Positions 43,992-52,085 of a stretch of 52,197 bases of DNA are shown piece after piece. The notes beneath the pieces were generated by a model. It made no database searches. It saw only the letters and a program-made list of their open reading frames with translations, and was not told where the DNA came from. Each line of letters begins with the position of its first letter. Within the stretch, counting starts at the first letter, position 1. A program made the position numbers and the translations under genes. The stretch comes from a virus (lineage: Duplodnaviria; Caudoviricetes), in IMG/VR virus record IMGVR_UViG_3300011338_000521, positions 1 to 52,197 of that record; one strand, written 5' to 3'.

Positions 43992-44428
43992 TTTTCATTA
44001 CCGGCAGCGCGGTTGTATGCGTCAATTTCTTTTTGAGTGGTGATTGCTGCCATGACGTCTATCTCATCGTCTTTGTAGTGTGGATACATTGCCAGTAGTG
44101 CTTTGCGTTTGGCACTGAGCCCAGCTTGTTTTTTCTTTGGGGCAATCCAAGGATGACGTTGTGCGCCAAGATCTGGACTCACACTTGTGGCCATAAGCCA
44201 TTGCAATTTTGGATGTTTGCTTACATTAAAGAAGTGCTTGTTTAGTCGTTCGTTGGTGGCAATTACATAGAACTCTTGAAGTTCTCTTGACCCTTCCACT
44301 GCCGACCCCCAGCGTATCATGAGATAGTTGGAAAACTTTTTACGCTCTTCGGCAGTAAGATCGTCATAGAATGATCTAACCTTGCGGTCAAACATCTTCA
44401 TCTCATTGGCAATGGTCAGTTTATCCAA
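43988..44428 (-). CDS. Clamp loader small subunit-like (T4 gp62-like)
   Basis: FYDDLT.EERKKFSNYLMIRW.S...NE..N...HPKLQW...HPWI..KKK; probable TTG start. Confidence 0.6.
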   Translation of the reverse strand: MDKLTIANEMKMFDRKVRSFYDDLTAEERKKFSNYLMIRWGSAVEGSRELQEFYVIATNERLNKHFFNVSKHPKLQWLMATSVSPDLGAQRHPWIAPKKKQAGLSAKRKALLAMYPHYKDDEIDVMAAITTQKEIDAYNRAAGNEK

Positions 44429-45479
44429 TTTGTAACGTCTCTCTGTATATATTATGTTTGACAGGTAAATTGTCAAACCATTTTTCATTTCGATAATTGT
44501 CTTGAATCATTTGTTGAGCTAAAAAACGATACCAGTTGGTTTCATTATAACGTTGATTGCGCAAAGCGTCAATTGCTCTTTGCATATTAAACTTTTCAGC
44601 AAATTTTGACTGTTCTAACATGTTGATTAGAGCAGGACGATATTGATCTGGAATACTTCCTAGTCCAATCACAGAGTCAGCATTAGCCAATACTGGTTCA
44701 AATTGATCCAACGACAGCCATTCAAAATAGTCTAGCAATTCGGGCAACCACCAAATGTTAATGGCACTGATCACCGTGGCAATTTTAATGTTGCAATTTG
44801 GTTGAGTAAGGACCCATTGCAAATTAGACTCTACTGTGTTCCAGTCACTGCCACTGCGCACTATGCCAGCATACTTGCCCACAGCATCTATACTTGCATG
44901 AACATTAATAAGACTAAATGACGGCCATAGATCTTTCACATGTTTTGATTTGGCACCTAACACAGTCATGTTGGTGCTGTACATTAGTGCAGGGTTGGCA
45001 CCTTGGGCAATTAGTTTTTCAAGCACTTGGTAATGTTGTGGGTTCAGCAGTGGCTCACCGCCGGCAAAATAAATTTGTTTGCACTCACTTAGATCCATGT
45101 CGTCAACATCAATTGGATTGTACAAACTTATATCTTCCACACCAGCTTCGCTTGACCAACTGGTGCTGAATCCTGGCCCACAACTGCGACACTTTAAATT
45201 GCAAAGATTGTTATTGCGAAAATCTAAAAAATTTATCTTGTGTGTTTTACAGTCTGTATCATAATTTTTGTACATTCCTCGCCAGCCTTCAGCATCTGGA
45301 GGACAAGAATTAGCACACTCTTTTGGAACTTCGCCGCGCAAGAACGCACCGCCAACAGTCTCAGTCATTTCTTCTCGACTGTTAAATGTAGTGCCGCCCC
45401 AGGCACAACAAGGAGAATACTTGCCGCCTGGCATGTAACTCACGCTGGTCCAAGGTGCTTTGCAATAAATTTTATTCAT
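44421..45479 (-). CDS. Radical SAM protein with N-terminal twitch/SPASM-like Cys motif
   Basis: YCKAPW..PCC...ECANSC; CNLKCRSC; YFAGGEPLL; YSTN; ASIDA. Confidence 0.9.
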   Translation of the reverse strand: MNKIYCKAPWTSVSYMPGGKYSPCCAWGGTTFNSREEMTETVGGAFLRGEVPKECANSCPPDAEGWRGMYKNYDTDCKTHKINFLDFRNNNLCNLKCRSCGPGFSTSWSSEAGVEDISLYNPIDVDDMDLSECKQIYFAGGEPLLNPQHYQVLEKLIAQGANPALMYSTNMTVLGAKSKHVKDLWPSFSLINVHASIDAVGKYAGIVRSGSDWNTVESNLQWVLTQPNCNIKIATVISAINIWWLPELLDYFEWLSLDQFEPVLANADSVIGLGSIPDQYRPALINMLEQSKFAEKFNMQRAIDALRNQRYNETNWYRFLAQQMIQDNYRNEKWFDNLPVKHNIYRETLQIG

Positions 45480-45771
45480 GAGTTTTGGTCAGTTTGTAAA
45501 TCATTATAGCACGTTCTAGTGCGTCTTGTAAAGTAGGATTGGTACGAGCAGCTCGCCGAATCTCGCCCCATAGCTTATCTTCCATCATGTGATCAAGCAA
45601 GGGTCGGCCGTCACTGGTTCGTTTATCGTAGGATATTTGATGTCCAGTCACAGGATCATATCCATGCCCGACCAGCACACGGTCAGCAGGATCAGCACCA
45701 ACCTCACGAGCATACACTTCATTACCGTTACGTTCGTAAATGTATGTGGCGTCTGGTTTAAGGGTTCCCAT
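45472..45771 (-). CDS. Hypothetical protein
   Basis: MGTLKPDATYIYER...VYARE...NPTLQDALE. Confidence 0.75.
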   Translation of the reverse strand: MGTLKPDATYIYERNGNEVYAREVGADPADRVLVGHGYDPVTGHQISYDKRTSDGRPLLDHMMEDKLWGEIRRAARTNPTLQDALERAIMIYKLTKTHE

Positions 45772-45904
45772 ATTGGTAGCCGTATTGTAGGTGTGCCCAA
45801 CGTAAGAACCTCTCTAGTCCTTCACGGTCGTTGGGATAACTTTCCAGATACACTCTGGCCAAGCGATTGATAATTTCAAATAGTTCTGGTTCAGTATAGG
45901 GCAT
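45758..45904 (-). CDS. Small hypothetical protein (48 aa), not in ORF track
   Basis: MPYTEPELFEIINRLARVYLESYPNDREGLERFLRWAHLQYGYQYGNP; TGATG coupling; fills the gap. Confidence 0.65.
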   Translation of the reverse strand: MPYTEPELFEIINRLARVYLESYPNDREGLERFLRWAHLQYGYQYGNP

Positions 45905-46404
45905 CACCAAGCCTTATTATAGTCCACAATCTCGCAGTTACGGCTGACGTCTTTAACAAAATAAACACAGTCAGGATCTGCACCGTCACTTACAGGCACT
46001 GCCAGCAATTGTCCATTTTTAAGTTTGGGTGCATACCATGACACTTCGTGATATACGTCTAGGATTTCAATTTCAGGAAAGCTGGGACGGAAACTGGTTA
46101 AGGGATTGAACTGGAATACTTTGAACCCACGATCGTTGATTGATGTAAGTGGCAGCACTTCCAAGTCTCCGACGTCAGGTTCGCCAATTAGTATCTGCCA
46201 ATCCATGGGCATCTTTATGGTATGTTCACCGATGCGTAACACAAGAGCAGGAGCATTAAAGCTCTCCAAGAAGATCAATGGTATAAAATGATAGTCAGGA
46301 TCTGCAGGATTTGAATTGTCCAATATAGCAAAACGCATGTCATCTACTTCTTCGGGCAGATGATCTAAATCGTATGTAGCATTGTCTAGGGTAAGTATTC
46401 TCAT
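45904..46404 (-). CDS. Hypothetical phage protein
   Basis: MRILTLDN...FIPLIFLESFNAPALVLRIG...WYAPKLK. Confidence 0.8.
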   Translation of the reverse strand: MRILTLDNATYDLDHLPEEVDDMRFAILDNSNPADPDYHFIPLIFLESFNAPALVLRIGEHTIKMPMDWQILIGEPDVGDLEVLPLTSINDRGFKVFQFNPLTSFRPSFPEIEILDVYHEVSWYAPKLKNGQLLAVPVSDGADPDCVYFVKDVSRNCEIVDYNKAW

Positions 46405-46410
46405 GTTTGT

Positions 46411-46439
46411 AGTATATAGAAATTTTGCAGAAAAGTCAA
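46411..46439 (-). promoter_or_regulatory. sigma70 promoter, leaderless geometry
   Basis: TTGACT-N17-TATACT-N6-ATG. Confidence 0.75.
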
Positions 46440-47909
46440 CTATTTTATCTTCATCCATTCAAGTTTTTCTTGAGTAAACGGATAGTTGGCTTCTTTGTAG
46501 AATTGTTTGCGCTTGGTCAAATGGCGCTTGGCAAATTTGCAGGTTGATGTTATGTCCCAAATCTGCACATGGTCTTTATCTTCGGCTTTTCTTATGCCGC
46601 GTCCAATGCTTTGGATAACGCGGACAAAACTTTTCCCGGGTTCCACAAGAACCAAATTAAAAATCCTAGGGATATTAATACCCACAGCGGCAACACCATA
46701 GGTAGCCACAATAATCTTATCAGTGCTGTCTGCAACTTCATCATATTCGTCTTGTCTATCTTTTGCTTTGGTTGCACCACTCACAAACACCGCACGTTCA
46801 CCCAGTCGTGCTACCAATTGACGACCACATTCAGTGCGATCAACCAGTACCAGAGTGTTGCCTGTTTCATTTACATGGCGTATGAGTTCACTCATGGCAT
46901 CCAGTCTGCCAGACTCTTCCAACAGGTATTTAAGCTCGCTTTGGTAGTTGGCGTACTCCACGTGATCCTGTAACTGCACAATGTTCACATGACACTGCGC
47001 CAACACGCCTTGCTGTTGCAGTTCATTAGCACTGAGCTTGCTGATCACTGGACCCAAGCTCACCAATAATGCTTGGCTTTCAAACTTTTCTTTGGGCACA
47101 GTACCAGTCAACCCCCACCGAATTGGCACTCTAGCCATCACACTGGTCAGCAGAGTTTTGAGCGCATCAGCTTTGGCCATGTGTACTTCGTCCACCATCA
47201 CACACACCACATCCTCGATAAAGTCCTGTATGGTCACATTGCCTACACCTGCTTTGGTATTCTTTAGCAGTACATTTAGACTCTGCCAAGTGCAGATGGT
47301 ATGTGTGCGTCCGTGTTCTTTTCTGTCGCCAAAGTAAACACCCACATCCAGACCAAGATTGAGGTAGTCTTTTTCAGTTTGTGTGACTAGACTCTTGTTG
47401 GGCACAATCACAATTGACCGTCCATATGGCTCTATACTGGCACTCAAGGCTGCTGTCATGATTGTTTTGCCTGCACCTGTGGCCACTTCTTGTATGCATT
47501 GTGGATTGGTCAAAAAGTTGTTCACAATCTCCACTTGGTAGTCACGCAACAGGATAGGTTGCCCTTCTGCAGGATGTCCTTTGGGCCAAGTCTTGTGTGC
47601 AAATGTTTGTTCAGTAACTTGAGCAAACTCAAATGTAGTGGAGTATTCTCTTTGATCATCCAGTTCAATGTCATAGTTGTAGCGTTCTAGGATGGGCATG
47701 ATCTCTGGCAAGAGATTGGTGTACGTGCTACCGCCCAATTGAAAGTAGCTGACTTTGCCATCCCATCTTCCCAGTCTCACTGCTGGCAAGTATCTTGCAT
47801 AAGGTACATCGTACTTGAATGCATTGACCAGGGCCTTACGCACATCCAAGTCAATACCCTCTAGCTTGATGTTTACTTCATCTCGAATTTGTATGGTGCA
47901 TTGTTTCAT
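46440..47909 (-). CDS. uvsW: SF2 DNA helicase (UvsW-like)
   Basis: WDGK, LRDYQ, ATGAGKT, DEVH, GLTGT, GINIP, QSIGRG.R. Confidence 0.88.
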   Translation of the reverse strand: MKQCTIQIRDEVNIKLEGIDLDVRKALVNAFKYDVPYARYLPAVRLGRWDGKVSYFQLGGSTYTNLLPEIMPILERYNYDIELDDQREYSTTFEFAQVTEQTFAHKTWPKGHPAEGQPILLRDYQVEIVNNFLTNPQCIQEVATGAGKTIMTAALSASIEPYGRSIVIVPNKSLVTQTEKDYLNLGLDVGVYFGDRKEHGRTHTICTWQSLNVLLKNTKAGVGNVTIQDFIEDVVCVMVDEVHMAKADALKTLLTSVMARVPIRWGLTGTVPKEKFESQALLVSLGPVISKLSANELQQQGVLAQCHVNIVQLQDHVEYANYQSELKYLLEESGRLDAMSELIRHVNETGNTLVLVDRTECGRQLVARLGERAVFVSGATKAKDRQDEYDEVADSTDKIIVATYGVAAVGINIPRIFNLVLVEPGKSFVRVIQSIGRGIRKAEDKDHVQIWDITSTCKFAKRHLTKRKQFYKEANYPFTQEKLEWMKIK

Positions 47910-48763
47910 TGTATAGTAACTTTGAGCACCCTTTGTTGGCGTGCTATTTCTTGTATGAGTTGTTGTGGTTGTCCGGCATACTGCAAATCTGCCACGGGAA
48001 AACGCAAGGGTTGTGCTATTGCATTATACACACTTGTGATGCCATGGGCAAGAAAAAAATCTTGGTGTTGATCAATATACTGTTGCATGCCTGGCTCTTT
48101 GAAGCTTAAATCGTGATTGAAAAATGCCACATGAAAATCGGCACTGTAGTGACCAAACGGTCGGAATGCATCCTCACCTATGTACTCATCATTGTCGTGT
48201 GCTAGGTCCTCAACTGTTTTTCCAATTTCACAATAATTGAGATACACAGTTCCAAATTGTGTTTGCGTTTCGCCCCATTGCGCCAACTGAACAGGATCAA
48301 GTTTCTTTGTCTTGGGCATACCAAACCAAGTGCAAACAAATCTTGGTTTCACACCTTCGAGTACAGTCTCACATCTATGTACTGCCAGGTTCAATTCTGA
48401 CAGTGCCTGTCTCACAGCAACTGGTGCCTGTTGCCAGTATTCTGATGTCTGTTGATCTAGCAGTCCATGGTAGCGTTCAAAAATGTTGTGCAAGTAATTG
48501 AGGCTGTCTTGGCTCCAATCAAACCCACGTTCAATAATGGCTTCATGTTGGTTGATTGTTGTGATACATTGTTCGATCATAATTTCGGCACGAATGCGCT
48601 CTTCCAATTGAGAGCCAAAGCCGTAAAATCTATCTGGATGATCCAATGGATAACTGCCGCGGGCTTGCATACGCTCAACCCATAACTCAGCAAGTGGAGT
48701 TGTTCGTATTTTAAATTGTAGTTCTAGGCCTTGGCTCAGATGTATCAGCAGGTGTTGCGGCAT
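47906..48763 (-). CDS. Hypothetical protein
   Basis: 285 aa; LNYLHNIFE, LNLAVHRCE, VYLNYCEIGKT. Confidence 0.75.
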   Translation of the reverse strand: MPQHLLIHLSQGLELQFKIRTTPLAELWVERMQARGSYPLDHPDRFYGFGSQLEERIRAEIMIEQCITTINQHEAIIERGFDWSQDSLNYLHNIFERYHGLLDQQTSEYWQQAPVAVRQALSELNLAVHRCETVLEGVKPRFVCTWFGMPKTKKLDPVQLAQWGETQTQFGTVYLNYCEIGKTVEDLAHDNDEYIGEDAFRPFGHYSADFHVAFFNHDLSFKEPGMQQYIDQHQDFFLAHGITSVYNAIAQPLRFPVADLQYAGQPQQLIQEIARQQRVLKVTIQ

Positions 48764-48769
48764 TATAAC

Positions 48770-48798
48770 AGTATATACTTACCGCCGCAAAAAGTCAA
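48770..48798 (-). promoter_or_regulatory. sigma70 promoter, leaderless geometry
   Basis: TTGACT-N17-TATACT-N6-ATG. Confidence 0.75.
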
Positions 48799-48829
48799 AA
48801 AGACAGGTACCGTTTTACGGGTACCTGCC
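48797..48829 (-). terminator. Rho-independent terminator
   Basis: ggcaggtacc-cgtaaaac-ggtacctgtc-ttttt. Confidence 0.8.
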
Positions 48830-48831
48830 AC

Positions 48832-48886
48832 AAAGCCCGGGCCGGAGCCAACCAATGCCCGGGATAACCTTGGAGGGTTATGCTTT
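48832..48886 (-). ncRNA. Candidate small structured RNA (two hairpins with CUCC loops)
   Basis: auaacc-CUCCAA-gguuau and cccgggc-auugguuggCUCCg-gcccggg, immediately upstream of the terminator. Confidence 0.4.
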
Positions 48887-48906
48887 TGAGTTGACTAAAA
48901 TCTTAA

Positions 48907-49023
48907 TCACGCTCCGTAGTATTCCAGGCACTTCACGGTAAAGCCTGCTTCACGCTGTTCATCTGCTTCGTACTCGGTATCCACCGAGTACAGGTACAAG
49001 TCGCCATCCCATATTTCATACAT
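48907..49023 (-). CDS. Small acidic protein (38 aa), not in ORF track
   Basis: MYEIWDGDLYLYSVDTEYEADEQREAGFTVKCLEYYGA; AGGAG RBS. Confidence 0.7.
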   Translation of the reverse strand: MYEIWDGDLYLYSVDTEYEADEQREAGFTVKCLEYYGA

Positions 49024-49024
49024 G

Positions 49025-50053
49025 TTAGGCTCCTGCTGGTTTCATAACAGTGGTCTCTGCAAGACGCTTCCAGTTCAACACTGACATCTTGCGCAAGTCT
49101 GCAATCTTGAGAGCCATACGCAAACTCATCTCACGCAAACGAGTTTGGTTATCGTTCATGAAGTCGATGATCTCGTCCTGCACACACTCTTCAAAGTCGT
49201 AGTCCTGGAACAACACACCGTCTTTGGCAATCTGCTTGATACGCAGGACCTTGTCACGCATGGTGTCAAGTGTCAAGTCCAAGTAGTGGCAGCGGCTTTG
49301 CAGTGCATCCAAGTGGTCCCGCAATTTTTGCGAACGCATGGTATCAAACTTCAAGTTGGTAATAAAAATTACCGAGCCCTTGAATTCAAAACTATCTGGA
49401 ATGCCCTCATGGCGCAACACACGGCTGTCAGCCAACCAGGAGATCTTGCGCTTCTTGCCGGAGTCCAAGGCACCCTTCAACAAGTTCAGTGCAACGTCAT
49501 CCAACAGGATTGAGTCGCAGTCATCAAACACCAACACACAATTGGGATCTGAATACTTGTACAGAGTTTGGTACAGGCCAATAGGAGTAGCTGAGCCTTT
49601 GACAACCTCGGCCTTAAGGCGTTTGCTGGCCAGTTTGTCAAACAAACAGGCCTTGTCAATCTCTTGCTCCACACCAAAGCTCTTGCCCACGCCAGGAGGG
49701 CCGCTCACAATCATAGCACGGATGTCACCGCTCACACAGGCCTTGGTCATCTCATGCAGGATGTCAAAACGCTCACGGATACGATCCATGGCCTGCTCGT
49801 CAGTCTCTGCCACCACAGTGGGCTTGAACTTTACAGTGTTTTCTTTCACAGTTTCTCCTGAAGTATACTCAATGTCTGAAATGTTTTCCACCTTGATACG
49901 AATGGTAGCAGGGCAGTTGGGGAAGGTACCATCATTTTGCACGGTGACATAGCCACCTTTGGCACCAGTTTGGAATCCACTCACAAGAGTGAACACTTGG
50001 TTTTGAATGGCCTTGTTGCGGTAAACGCCGCGAACGATACGAATTGCACTCAT
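49025..50053 (-). CDS. AAA+ ATPase (early gene)
   Basis: GPPGVGKS, LVFDDCD, IFITN, ALQSR; TAAGGAG RBS before MSAIRIV. Confidence 0.88.
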   Translation of the reverse strand: MSAIRIVRGVYRNKAIQNQVFTLVSGFQTGAKGGYVTVQNDGTFPNCPATIRIKVENISDIEYTSGETVKENTVKFKPTVVAETDEQAMDRIRERFDILHEMTKACVSGDIRAMIVSGPPGVGKSFGVEQEIDKACLFDKLASKRLKAEVVKGSATPIGLYQTLYKYSDPNCVLVFDDCDSILLDDVALNLLKGALDSGKKRKISWLADSRVLRHEGIPDSFEFKGSVIFITNLKFDTMRSQKLRDHLDALQSRCHYLDLTLDTMRDKVLRIKQIAKDGVLFQDYDFEECVQDEIIDFMNDNQTRLREMSLRMALKIADLRKMSVLNWKRLAETTVMKPAGA

Positions 50054-50080
50054 GGTTGGCTCCTTAGTGTGCTGTTGAAC

Positions 50081-50129
50081 TTTGCTGTCTATGTGTGTAT
50101 TATAGCAAATTGGCAATTATTCGTCAACC
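50081..50129 (-). repeat. 49-bp direct repeat containing an early promoter (copy 1)
   Basis: TTGACG-N17-TATAAT-acacacatagacagcaaa; one mismatch to 50311-50359. Confidence 0.9.
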
Positions 50130-50299
50130 GGCGCAAACAACGCTTGGCCTTGTTGCATAAAAACAACAAATGCTTCCATTGTGCTTTCGCTGTATAGCAT
50201 GCGACCGTGTTGTTTGATGTCTTGCAGAGTTTCCAACAAGGGCATGCCCAGGAATTCTGCTTCTTTTTGTAGGTGTTTGATTGCTGTGGCTATTTGCAT
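50117..50299 (-). CDS. Early hypothetical protein
   Basis: 60 aa, AAGGAG RBS, flanked by the two promoter repeats. Confidence 0.75.
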   Translation of the reverse strand: MQIATAIKHLQKEAEFLGMPLLETLQDIKQHGRMLYSESTMEAFVVFMQQGQALFAPVDE

Positions 50300-50310
50300 T
50301 TGGGCTCCTT

Positions 50311-50359
50311 TTTGCTGTCTATGTGTGTATTATAGCAAATTGGCAATTATTGGTCAACC
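50311..50359 (-). repeat. 49-bp direct repeat containing an early promoter (copy 2)
   Basis: TTGACC-N17-TATAAT-acacacatagacagcaaa. Confidence 0.9.
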
Positions 50360-50578
50360 TTTGGAATTCATTTTATCTAAAATTTCTTGCGACTGCAATC
50401 GACCTAATACTATAGTATACATCAAATATACCAGACCCCCAATAGCCAGTGTGGCCACGGTGTACTGAAGCAGTTCCACAGGTGCATACTTTAGTAATAC
50501 CTGAATTGCCACTGCTATAGCGACACCGGCTCCGACAATTCCTGCTGTTTTTACTGCGGCTCTAACACGAATATTCAT
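50354..50578 (-). CDS. Early two-TM membrane protein
   Basis: 74 aa, two hydrophobic helices, AAAGG RBS. Confidence 0.75.
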   Translation of the reverse strand: MNIRVRAAVKTAGIVGAGVAIAVAIQVLLKYAPVELLQYTVATLAIGGLVYLMYTIVLGRLQSQEILDKMNSKG

Positions 50579-50580
50579 AT

Positions 50581-51063
50581 CTACCTTTCTTTGTATGCCA
50601 CTATTGTAGCAGATCGGGAATTATTGGTCAAGCCCCGCCAGTTTGGAGGGTTATTAGTACTAAAGTACACAGAATTGTGTAGCTGTTCTGTGGGCACACC
50701 ATGCTCCTTGTAGCCCTCTAGCACCATGTCAAAGTACCCATCTGAGGGCAGGCTGTCTAAGTGCCCAGGTTGCATAAAGTAAGTCATGGCGTTTACAACA
50801 CGACCTTGATGTAGTACTTTTTTAGTACGACGATTGTAGTAGTGCGGAAATCCTTCTAGCATGTCCAGTGCTTCAAGGCACTTGGGCGTGATGGTCCATA
50901 GCACACCATCAACATAGCTATCAGGGCACTTTACAACATCCGCAGGACCTGCAAACCGAAACACATGGTCTAGCAAAACGGCACGACCGTGACTTACCGC
51001 GGCCGGGCAACGTTGGGCCATGCCTTGTGAGTTGGTGTTCATTCCATAAGCAAAGTATAACAA
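50581..51063 (-). CDS. Gamma-glutamylcyclotransferase (GGCT/AIG2-like)
   Basis: YFAYGMN, VDGVLW, LDMLEGFP..Y.R, PSDGY; TTG start. Confidence 0.85.
   Translation of the reverse strand: MLYFAYGMNTNSQGMAQRCPAAVSHGRAVLLDHVFRFAGPADVVKCPDSYVDGVLWTITPKCLEALDMLEGFPHYYNRRTKKVLHQGRVVNAMTYFMQPGHLDSLPSDGYFDMVLEGYKEHGVPTEQLHNSVYFSTNNPPNWRGLTNNSRSATIVAYKER
50603..50631 (-). promoter_or_regulatory. Early promoter (inside the GGCT 3' end)
   Basis: TTGACC-aataattcccgatctgc-TACAAT. Confidence 0.8.
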
Positions 51064-51068
51064 AAGTA

Positions 51069-51275
51069 TTACCTTTTTAAGATTTCGTAAAATTGTTGAT
51101 TGAGCGCATCCATTTCGCTCTGATCCACATAGAAATCAGTGCGGGGGTCATAGTAGGCGCCTTCTTTGTTGTCATAATACAACACTCTGCCCGAGAAGTT
51201 GAACGGGCCTTCCAGTCCAACACGAGCACTGTATTTGTCGCGCATGTTGTCGACTTCAATAACCTTGTAACCCAT
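51069..51275 (-). CDS. Early hypothetical protein
   Basis: GLEGPF...LYYD.KEG.YYDP.TDFY; AGGAG RBS. Confidence 0.8.
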   Translation of the reverse strand: MGYKVIEVDNMRDKYSARVGLEGPFNFSGRVLYYDNKEGAYYDPRTDFYVDQSEMDALNQQFYEILKR

Positions 51276-51305
51276 GCCAGACTCCTGTTTGCTGTTTAAG
51301 TGTTA

Positions 51306-51334
51306 ATTATAGCAAAACGGGAATTATTGGTCAA
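51306..51334 (-). promoter_or_regulatory. Early promoter
   Basis: TTGACC-aataattcccgttttgc-TATAAT. Confidence 0.85.
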
Positions 51335-51344
51335 CCACTCAAAA

Positions 51345-52085
51345 TTAAACCCAAAGTTGTACAATTTTGGGGTCGCGTACTTCGTGTGGTTTGGGCTGGC
51401 CGTGAAACACCATTACGCAGGTGTCAGAGTCGATCACAGCACCTGCTCCTGGCGAGCGAGGCACACGTATGGGAAAGTTGAACCCACCATCGGCAATTTG
51501 CCAGCGATAACTTTTGATTCGATTGACGTCAAAGTATCTGCGATTGTTGTAGTCAATTGTGGCGTTGAGGTAATCTTGATCTCCGTGATACTGCCGTACA
51601 ACTTTGGTTACGTCTTCAGATTTAAATTTTTCCCATACATGTTGATAACGATCTACATTCCACCACATGATACTGCTGTTGATTCCAGAAAATGTTTCTT
51701 TTTGCAGATATCTAAAATCTTTAATGCACCAAAACTTTTCTGTGTCAAGATGTGTGATCCACGTTATGTCTCCGTTGATCACAACATCCAAGTCAAAATA
51801 CAACAAATCTCCTGAGTAATGTTCAGGATTAAACAACTGCATTTTGTACCACCAGGATTTTTTAGGACCGCCTATACCTGGCCAATCTTCTAAACAATGT
51901 TTGATCATATGCGGTGGTACTGATCGATCGTGTTCTGTGTAAACGTGCATTCTGCAGCCACCACTTAGATGTCGGTTTAACATGTTGTACAATCGTTCAA
52001 CATATATCCAATCATATCCGGTTCCGTGAATAACGCAGGCGCAGTCAATCATTTGGTCAGTGCGGGTTCTATTCTTTTTAGCCAT
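51345..52085 (-). CDS. Glycosyltransferase (GT-A fold, GT8-like); alternative start at 52052
   Basis: WWYKMQLF, YFDLD (DxD), INSS, GDQD, FHGQPKP. Confidence 0.8.
   Translation of the reverse strand: MAKKNRTRTDQMIDCACVIHGTGYDWIYVERLYNMLNRHLSGGCRMHVYTEHDRSVPPHMIKHCLEDWPGIGGPKKSWWYKMQLFNPEHYSGDLLYFDLDVVINGDITWITHLDTEKFWCIKDFRYLQKETFSGINSSIMWWNVDRYQHVWEKFKSEDVTKVVRQYHGDQDYLNATIDYNNRRYFDVNRIKSYRWQIADGGFNFPIRVPRSPGAGAVIDSDTCVMVFHGQPKPHEVRDPKIVQLWV

Noticed and set aside
45904-46404. Possible Hint/intein-like fold
   Set aside because: Only a vague beta-strand pattern; no N-terminal Cys/Ser, TxxH or terminal HN.
50081-50359. 49-bp direct repeats as a CRISPR array or att sites
   Set aside because: There are only two copies, 230 bp apart, each a full promoter flanking a gene; no integrase is nearby.
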